DNA of 64,000 bases from a virus. Below the pieces are notes generated by a model. The model ran no database searches, was not told the origin of the DNA, and saw only the letters and a list, made by a program, of their open reading frames with translations. The number at the start of each line of letters is the position of its first letter. Positions within the stretch are counted from its first letter, which is position 1. The translations under genes were made by a program, and so were the position numbers. This document shows, piece by piece, positions 57,659 through 64,000 of the stretch. The stretch is from IMG/VR virus record IMGVR_UViG_3300027850_000002, positions 1 through 64,000 of that record, one strand, 5' to 3'.

Positions 57659-58225
57659 TCACAACATGTTGCAAGCAGAACGAAACGAAACGACATCGTC
57701 CAACCAACGAACGAAGTCGGCGTAAGACATTACGCCTTTGGCCCGGTTACACAACGCACAACTCGGGACCGTGTTCGCGTTCGTATACCCGGTTGTATTA
57801 TCGATTCGATCGATACCGTTGCACTTGATATGTTCCTTACGGGTGTTCCGCAACGGAGCCCTGCCGCAGTAGTGGCATTTATTCATTAGAAGACGGGCTG
57901 CGTCTTCCCAAGACAACTCCCAGACATGATTCCTACGTCGCGCATTCGTCATGTAGACGCCGATCACATGGTTAAGAGCAGGAACCACAGGGTCGGCGTA
58001 TCGAAAAGATGTCGGCGGAGTTCTGAGTCCGTTTTGTCGAGACTTCGAACGCCGTAAACAACCACAACTCTTAGTTCGACCACTTTTCAAATGGTGCGCA
58101 GCCACGCGCGTGGTGTTTCCGCATTCACAGCGACATACCCACATGCAGCTACGTCCGTTTGGATTGGTCTTTTCTACAACCGTTAGTTTTGTGTAAATCT
58201 GTCCGGTCAGGTCAATGAAACGCAT
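57659..58225 (-). CDS. HNH-type homing endonuclease
   Basis: DLTGQ..LTV..WVCRCECG..KSCGC..CHYCG..NGIDRIDN..GY..N.VP.C..CN.AK. Confidence 0.85.
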   Translation of the reverse strand: MRFIDLTGQIYTKLTVVEKTNPNGRSCMWVCRCECGNTTRVAAHHLKSGRTKSCGCLRRSKSRQNGLRTPPTSFRYADPVVPALNHVIGVYMTNARRRNHVWELSWEDAARLLMNKCHYCGRAPLRNTRKEHIKCNGIDRIDNTTGYTNANTVPSCALCNRAKGVMSYADFVRWLDDVVSFRSACNML

Positions 58226-58228
58226 ACC

Positions 58229-60481
58229 TTATGCAATGCTGCATGCGCCGCCTGCACATGCGGCCTCGCCCGTCAGGTTCGTGCCGTCTTCGGCCTCGAA
58301 CACCGAGAGGTAGTCGATTGGCGTGTAGCTGGCGACCAACTCGTTCCAGCGTCGTTCTTGTGCCTCCGTTTTGACCGCCTCAAACGGAGCAAAGGCATAA
58401 AGCATGTCCCCGGAGTCCGGAAGTAGTGACACGCCTGTGAAGTCGTTACGGTGCGTCCACAGGTAGTCGGCAACCGACGCCCACTCGTCTGGACGGACGG
58501 TGATGGTGTTTGAGACGTTGTGCGAGAGTCCAGGTACCTGACTTGGACGAGTCGCTCCGGGGACCACCCAGTTTTGCTGGGTTGATCGCACTGTGTCCAT
58601 GAACACCTCGGCCGAGAGGTCCTCTTTGAGGGCTGCACCCTCAGGGGCCTCGACCGGAAATTCAATGACCCACTTTCCGTCCGGTTTACGAACACACATT
58701 GCAGGGTTCACTGTTTGGAACGCTTGGAACACAGTCTCAAGAGCGTCAGCGGTGACGCGACGGATGTAGCGCCGTGCGTGGTGTGGATGGATGCCCGAGC
58801 CGACGTTGCCTAGCTCGAGAGACGTCGTGCCTGACGGCTTCACGCACGTCGTGCGCGCTGCCTGATTGATACCAAGGAGAGCGGCGTACTCACGGTTCCA
58901 TTCGACAACCTGTGCGGCAACCTTGCGCTGGAACTCTGGGTCACACGCGATGTGAGGCGCATCCTGCATCCCCGTCATGCCGATGCCGAGCAGCGCATCA
59001 CGACGGACGATCGCTTCGGTGACCTTGCCCAGAAACGGCATATCGGTGTACGTCGCCTGCATCGTGCCGATGAGCGTTGCCGCCCAGGCAGCCTCGGAGA
59101 AGTCCTCGAATGAAGTGAGCTTCGCCGCGTTGATCTCGCAGAGGTTGCACATCGCCCAGCCGGTTGACGTCGAGCCGTCGTCATTGACGAGGAGCGGGTC
59201 GAGGCCGATTTCGGCGCAGGGGTTGGTGACGTGGTTGTAGTCGCTGACGAACAGGACGCCTGGCTCGCCGAAGTTCCGCGTCATCCCGAAGATGCGTTTG
59301 AACTGCTTCTCCTTGACCTCGTCACGTTTGAGCACGACGGAGTTGTTGGCGTTGGCCAGCCATGGTTCCTTGGCGTACCAATCACGGTCCGTCTTGATGT
59401 GCATCAATTCGCTGTCCTCGATCGAGAACAAACAGATCATCGCACTGCGACGAATGCCGCCCGAGAGCACAGCATCTGCCGCGTGGCACAGGATGCGATG
59501 GCATTCGACGGGACGGAGCTGCCGGCCTTGCGCGCTGTGGAGGATCTTGCGGATCTGTTCGAGGGCGAGCTTGAGCTTGCGATGTCCGGGTGCTCGGCCG
59601 CCGCTGGTCTTGAGCGGCGTGCCTGCCGCACGGATTTGGTTGTACGCGAATTCGACGTGGTAGCCGCCGATGTAGCCGTTGATCAACGCATCGAGTGCGT
59701 TGGCCCAGCCTTCGATAGTGTCGTCGATGAGGTGGTGGACGACCTTCTTCTCGTCGACGTCGGCAAGTGCAGGCAACTTCTCGACGTGCTCGATCTGCAC
59801 GGAGTACCCAACACCGCAGCCTGATAAGAGCAGGAACATCGCTTCAGCGAAAACGCGAGGGCGGTCAACGAGCGATGCGGAGCAGTTGTAGATGCGGTTG
59901 TGGTTGGCTTCGATAGCTGTTCCGCCAAATTGCATCGAACGCATCGACGGAAGAACTTCTTTGCGACGGACTGCTTCGTGCGCTCGTTTGATGAGCGGCA
60001 GCAGTTCGGGTATGTGAGCGAAGCGCCGCAGGTGCATGCCTTCTTCGCGGTCGACTGTCTCGTCGTAAACTTCGCGGCGCAGCAGATCGGGGACGTACCG
60101 TGCGTACTTGCTCGCGTGGATGTAGTCGGCGACCGCGGTAGCGTCAGGCTTGCGTTGGGCTGCGCGCGCCTCGGTCCGCTTCTGACGGTAGATGATGTAC
60201 GCCTTGGCAACCTTGAATTGCTTGGCGCGCATGAGCGCAACTTCGACGGCATCCTGAATCTGCTCGACGTTGGCGATGTCCGCACGCAGCGTTGCTGCAA
60301 CGAACGTTGCGACGCGCTGGAGTCCTTCCTCGTCGACAGCGCCTTCAGCCTCCAACCACGCTTTCCGCACCGCGCTCACAATCTTTCCCACGTCGAAGGG
60401 CTGAACCGTTTGTCCATCGCGCTTGCGCACGGTTCCTGGTTGAATGACGGGAAGGGTGAACGTTGTGTCAGCAGATTGCAC
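58229..60481 (-). CDS. nrdJ: Class II (B12-dependent) ribonucleotide reductase with N-terminal ATP cone
   Basis: VRKRDG ATP cone; YNCS, GGIRRSA, TNPCAEI, CNLCE, TCVKPSGT, C-terminal CAGGAC. Confidence 0.92.
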   Translation of the reverse strand: MQSADTTFTLPVIQPGTVRKRDGQTVQPFDVGKIVSAVRKAWLEAEGAVDEEGLQRVATFVAATLRADIANVEQIQDAVEVALMRAKQFKVAKAYIIYRQKRTEARAAQRKPDATAVADYIHASKYARYVPDLLRREVYDETVDREEGMHLRRFAHIPELLPLIKRAHEAVRRKEVLPSMRSMQFGGTAIEANHNRIYNCSASLVDRPRVFAEAMFLLLSGCGVGYSVQIEHVEKLPALADVDEKKVVHHLIDDTIEGWANALDALINGYIGGYHVEFAYNQIRAAGTPLKTSGGRAPGHRKLKLALEQIRKILHSAQGRQLRPVECHRILCHAADAVLSGGIRRSAMICLFSIEDSELMHIKTDRDWYAKEPWLANANNSVVLKRDEVKEKQFKRIFGMTRNFGEPGVLFVSDYNHVTNPCAEIGLDPLLVNDDGSTSTGWAMCNLCEINAAKLTSFEDFSEAAWAATLIGTMQATYTDMPFLGKVTEAIVRRDALLGIGMTGMQDAPHIACDPEFQRKVAAQVVEWNREYAALLGINQAARTTCVKPSGTTSLELGNVGSGIHPHHARRYIRRVTADALETVFQAFQTVNPAMCVRKPDGKWVIEFPVEAPEGAALKEDLSAEVFMDTVRSTQQNWVVPGATRPSQVPGLSHNVSNTITVRPDEWASVADYLWTHRNDFTGVSLLPDSGDMLYAFAPFEAVKTEAQERRWNELVASYTPIDYLSVFEAEDGTNLTGEAACAGGACSIA

Positions 60482-60500
60482 GATGGGGCTCCTTCGGTTG

Positions 60501-61052
60501 TCAGATCGCGTTCTTGATCAAACGACGCAGGTGGCGTCGGGGCTTCTTGTTTTTCCCGGGGTTTCGAAGCGTATGGAGAACGTCCATTTCGCAACGATGA
60601 CGGGCAATGTTCTTCGCATAGGTCCGAGCGATACAGGCCAAAAAAAAGGCGTCGGCTTGATCGTCGTTGGCACCGAAATCGTGGCCCTGGCTGGCGGCTG
60701 CAGCCAGCATGGCGTCCTTGCTAGCGTGAACCGATCCCGTAGCAAATTTCTTGACAAGCACGGGCGCTACCACGACGTAGGGAACGTGGTGCTCGTGGAG
60801 CAGCACTTTGAGGACTCCGCCTATCTCGCCGAGTTCAAACACGCGCCCCACAGAATCATAGGAGTAGCCCTCCAGCGTCGCAAACTCGACGCCGGCGAGA
60901 AAGTTCGCCACTGCGGTCTTGATGTAAACCAGGCGTTCTCCGTCCCGGAGGTCGTCTGTGGTGACCGTTGCGGACGCAACCAGGTCCCCTGCATCCGAAA
61001 GGATGCAGATGCCGGTGCCCGTCAGCGATTGATCGATCCCCAGGAACGCCAT
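60501..61052 (-). CDS. RuvC-like Holliday junction resolvase
   Basis: LGIDQSLTGTG, LEGY, ELGEIGG, KKFATG..A.K, DDQADA. Confidence 0.88.
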   Translation of the reverse strand: MAFLGIDQSLTGTGICILSDAGDLVASATVTTDDLRDGERLVYIKTAVANFLAGVEFATLEGYSYDSVGRVFELGEIGGVLKVLLHEHHVPYVVVAPVLVKKFATGSVHASKDAMLAAAASQGHDFGANDDQADAFFLACIARTYAKNIARHRCEMDVLHTLRNPGKNKKPRRHLRRLIKNAI

Positions 61053-61072
61053 GCCACCCTAAGAGCCTGCCA

Positions 61073-61081
61073 CCCTATAAT
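61073..61081 (+). promoter_or_regulatory. Candidate late promoter CCCTATAAT
   Basis: Upstream of the plus-strand island 61142..62492. Confidence 0.5.
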
Positions 61082-61141
61082 TTCCAGGCGTAGCGTCGCA
61101 AGCAAAGCGCGCTCGCATCACCGAAAAAGTTGGGAGATCTC

Positions 61142-61510
61142 GTGGTTAGTTTCACGCTTCACCAAGTTACGGCCATTGTTGATGGGCCGGCGTACCAGGT
61201 AACCAACGAGGTCACTGCTGCAACCGGCGCGAGTGTCGCAACATACGTGTTCAAAACAGTTGACCAGGCGTTTAGCCACTACGCAACGCCTGCTGATATG
61301 ACACAGTGGCCTGACAGTTATGCCTTGGCACAGCTCGCGGGAGCGGCCTTCTACCGCTTGCCTAGTGTCATCCGGACATGGGACACCGTGGTCCTTATGA
61401 ACGAGGACTTGGCCATGTCGCTCCGGAGGCTTCAGTTCCTCGCGGACGAGATGAACGCTCAGCAGGGCGCTCTCATCGTGGACCGTACAACCCTGGTTCA
61501 GGGAGCCTGA
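61142..61510 (+). CDS. Hypothetical, probably virion, protein
   Basis: GGAGA RBS then GTG 61142. Confidence 0.55.
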   Translation: MVSFTLHQVTAIVDGPAYQVTNEVTAATGASVATYVFKTVDQAFSHYATPADMTQWPDSYALAQLAGAAFYRLPSVIRTWDTVVLMNEDLAMSLRRLQFLADEMNAQQGALIVDRTTLVQGA

Positions 61511-61511
61511 G

Positions 61512-62492
61512 ATGGCTCTCTTTGAACAAGAGCGGCACGTCGAACTGGTCGAGAGCGCTGATCAGCTCTTCTTCGTTACGAGCCGGATAGTGTCTGCGGT
61601 TATCCCGGACCAACTCCCGCACCTGAACGTTTTTGTTCTCTCGGTTTCCAACGTCCTCGACCCGACCCAAGACGTGCTCGCTCGCGTTGCCAACCTGGCA
61701 GACCTTACGCTGATCCCAATTGGACGGGACCCTGGGATCGCTGCTCCCGGGATCAACGGCATCGAGTACCTGGCCGATACATCAACGAGTACGTACACCA
61801 CCCTCGAGACCGCCAACGATGCGGCCGTGGCCTTCCAGGACCGCGTCAACGCGCTCATCCAAGCGTGGATTACGTTCCGAACCGAGTTCAACGCGCCTGA
61901 GCCGACACCCGCGCTCTACACGTTCCCCACTGTCGATCCGTCTCAGTTGAACGCGTTGATTGCAGCGTACGCCGCAGCCAAGCAATTCGGCTACGCCCAG
62001 CTACAAACGAAACTCGCTGCTGACAACACGCTGCTCCTTGCACAAGCGGATTTCACATACAAACAAAGCCTGGTCCAAGGTGCGACGACCACGGTTTCTG
62101 ACACGACCAATGTCAGCAACAAGTTCATATCTACGGTCACGCAGTACGGCTCGCTTCTCACCGCGGCCAACACGTTCTACTCGTTGAACACGGGTGGCGC
62201 TGGTGCCGCGGCAATGGCCGCTGCCATCTCGACGGCGAATGCTCAACAGACGGCCATGCCGGGCTACCTGGCGGACGCGTTGGCTGCGATCACCAATGCC
62301 ACCAGCTATCTGACCAATCGTCAAAACGACATGAATGCGGCAGGCACGGTTCAAGCAACCGCGCAGTCCAACGCCATCACACAGACGCAACTTCTCACGG
62401 CTGCGAACGCGACAACGACTGCGGCTCTTGCGGCAGTCATCGCCATCTGTCCAGATTTCGACGCGACGACCATCGCGCTCGTCCCGGGCTGA
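61512..62492 (+). CDS. Hypothetical Ala/Thr/Gln-rich coiled-coil protein, probably structural
   Basis: 326 aa; co-oriented after the promoter motif. Confidence 0.6.
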   Translation: MALFEQERHVELVESADQLFFVTSRIVSAVIPDQLPHLNVFVLSVSNVLDPTQDVLARVANLADLTLIPIGRDPGIAAPGINGIEYLADTSTSTYTTLETANDAAVAFQDRVNALIQAWITFRTEFNAPEPTPALYTFPTVDPSQLNALIAAYAAAKQFGYAQLQTKLAADNTLLLAQADFTYKQSLVQGATTTVSDTTNVSNKFISTVTQYGSLLTAANTFYSLNTGGAGAAAMAAAISTANAQQTAMPGYLADALAAITNATSYLTNRQNDMNAAGTVQATAQSNAITQTQLLTAANATTTAALAAVIAICPDFDATTIALVPG

Positions 62493-62494
62493 TC

Positions 62495-62660
62495 AAAAAA
62501 AACCGGCGCCCGCAAGAGTAACGCGGGTGGAACGTTGCTCTACACGGTGGGAACCGTGGCGTGCGCCGGCCAAAAGAGGGCTGGTGAAACAGGACAAGTG
62601 TCGGGCAGAAACGACACCCTATATCACCACGTTCATGTGTCTGCCAACCACACAAACGTT
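62495..62660 (-). other. Highly structured intergenic element ending in U8 (terminator and/or ncRNA)
   Basis: Stems ccggcgc/gcgccgg, cccgc/gcggg, cacggt/accgtg, tggtga/tcacca, gtgtcg/cgacac; A8 at 62495-62502. Confidence 0.5.
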
Positions 62661-62672
62661 TGCCCAAAACGC

Positions 62673-62849
62673 TTACTTCATCACACGAATCTGCCACACC
62701 AGCTGCTTCACTAGAAGCGCAATTCCTGACGTCAGCGCTGCGTCTGCATCTTCGAGGATCTGAGACAGCTCTTCTTCGGTGAATCGCCGGTCAACCCTCT
62801 GCAGTTCGCGCGCAAGCTTCTTCAGGCGTGTCGCGGCGCATGCACTCAC
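62673..62849 (-). CDS. Small hypothetical protein
   Basis: GTGA overlap with the upstream stop; helical 58 aa. Confidence 0.45.
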   Translation of the reverse strand: MSACAATRLKKLARELQRVDRRFTEEELSQILEDADAALTSGIALLVKQLVWQIRVMK

Positions 62850-63997
62850 GCTGCGATTTTCTCCTTGGGCGGGGCGAGCAACAACTGGCCGGCGATCTCC
62901 TCCAGCTCGAGTCGACGCTCTGCCGTCGGAGCGCTCTTGGCGAACCACGACACCGCGTTCGAGAGACGCGCTTGTGTGGTTCCACGCGGTAGCACCTCGA
63001 CGTCTCCGTCCATGAAGACCTCCTTGATCTTGTCGACCTCGCCCTTGAGCAAGCCCATCTTGGGCAGCTCCTGCCACGCCTGCTTCGGGTCGATGCGCGT
63101 CTCGAGTGCTTCACCGATGCAGCCCACGAGCGCGTTCACCTTGTCGGGTGCGAGCACCTGCTGGACCATGTCCTGAATGGCCGAGACCTGTGTCTTGGTG
63201 TCGAGCAGGTAGGTCTCCTTGCTGAACTCCATGTCGTCCGACAGACGTTTGCCGAGGTGAACTTGGCGCATGACCTGCTCGAGGGTCGCCGTGTTGGTGC
63301 ACACGAGACGCGTGCAGAACGCGTTGAGCCCGAGCACACCCTTGCCGAAGTCGGAATTCGACAACTGCAACCCGAACGCAAGGACCTCCTCCATGCCACG
63401 CTTGGCCGCCGGCTGAAACACCATCGGCAAGATGGCCTTCACCGCCCAGCGCAGGTCACCGCCAATGCCCTCGACAGGCACCGCACCGATCTTTCCACAC
63501 GCCTTCGCGAACGCTTCGATGATGGGTCCCGAGTCCATGCGCTTGAACGAGTTCGACAGCACGCCGCGGACCTGGTCATTGACCGACCGGACGAGGAACT
63601 TCTTGTTCTCCTCCTCCTTGAAGATGCGTGACAGGTTCTCGACGATCAGCTCGCGGCCGTAGGGCCTCTCGAGCAGACGGTTGACGTAGGTACCAGGGAC
63701 GCCGGCGCGCTCGCAGACTTGGTCGAGCGCGTTCTTGTGCAACCCCTCCTCGAAGTAGTTCTTGGCCTTCTTGTTGCGCAAGCCCATCACGATGGTCTTG
63801 GTGTCATTGCCGTCGACCATGAACTGCAGCGACGTCGAGTCGGCAACCCGGTCAACCGGCGTCTCGCGCTGGACCTTCTCGATGACGGACATCGCAGATG
63901 CCTGCGTCTTGTGGATCATCTCCTCGAGCTTGACCTTGAAGCCTGCGGTGGCCTCACCGAGAGCTACGTCGTAATCCTTTTCGCTGTGGTGGATCAT
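62846..63997 (-). CDS. DUF932-like phage protein
   Basis: RGVLSNSFKRMD, LSNSDFG.G, RLVCTN, SNAVS. Confidence 0.7.
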   Translation of the reverse strand: MIHHSEKDYDVALGEATAGFKVKLEEMIHKTQASAMSVIEKVQRETPVDRVADSTSLQFMVDGNDTKTIVMGLRNKKAKNYFEEGLHKNALDQVCERAGVPGTYVNRLLERPYGRELIVENLSRIFKEEENKKFLVRSVNDQVRGVLSNSFKRMDSGPIIEAFAKACGKIGAVPVEGIGGDLRWAVKAILPMVFQPAAKRGMEEVLAFGLQLSNSDFGKGVLGLNAFCTRLVCTNTATLEQVMRQVHLGKRLSDDMEFSKETYLLDTKTQVSAIQDMVQQVLAPDKVNALVGCIGEALETRIDPKQAWQELPKMGLLKGEVDKIKEVFMDGDVEVLPRGTTQARLSNAVSWFAKSAPTAERRLELEEIAGQLLLAPPKEKIAA

Positions 63998-64000
63998 TTT

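Noticed and set aside
58229-60481. Intein or intron in nrdJ
   Set aside because: The ORF is continuous, of normal length, and has no intein splice motifs; the HNH is a separate downstream gene.
62503-62569. tRNA gene
   Set aside because: Cloverleaf-like but lacks the T-loop TTC motif, a 7-nt anticodon loop and proper arm spacing.

Overview
GC-rich window from a large tailed dsDNA phage with a contractile-tail type baseplate. A myxobacterial host is plausible but is only an inference from a host-like response regulator. Bases 1-36 kb are a densely overlapping, mostly minus-strand accessory and nucleotide-metabolism region (dcd, thyX, dNMP kinase, RNase HII, DinG, ParB-like, GHKL ATPase, HNH endonucleases). 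It carries about 27 copies of a small D-x-x-G-x-x-H...C...T-C-x-x-C zinc-finger family. Bases 36-57 kb are a plus-strand tail/baseplate operon: frameshifted tail chaperone, tape measure, hub with M23 peptidase, sigma factor, gp25-like, baseplate J-like and fibre. Class II RNR, RuvC-like and DUF932-like genes follow. The standout is a minus-strand three-part module at about 6466-9334. It consists of a Cas7/RAMP-like gene with an AT-hook tail, a conserved 176-aa partner gene, and a 1.2-kb non-coding array closed by a strong intrinsic terminator. The array has 21 units made of 5-nt NN-GG(A/C/U) periods punctuated by a 4-nt TGCA/GGCA-like motif, with unit lengths mostly 5n+4. This looks like a non-CRISPR, RNA-guided (VIPR-like) system with many distinct gapped guides. 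All family calls are motif-based recognition without database searches.
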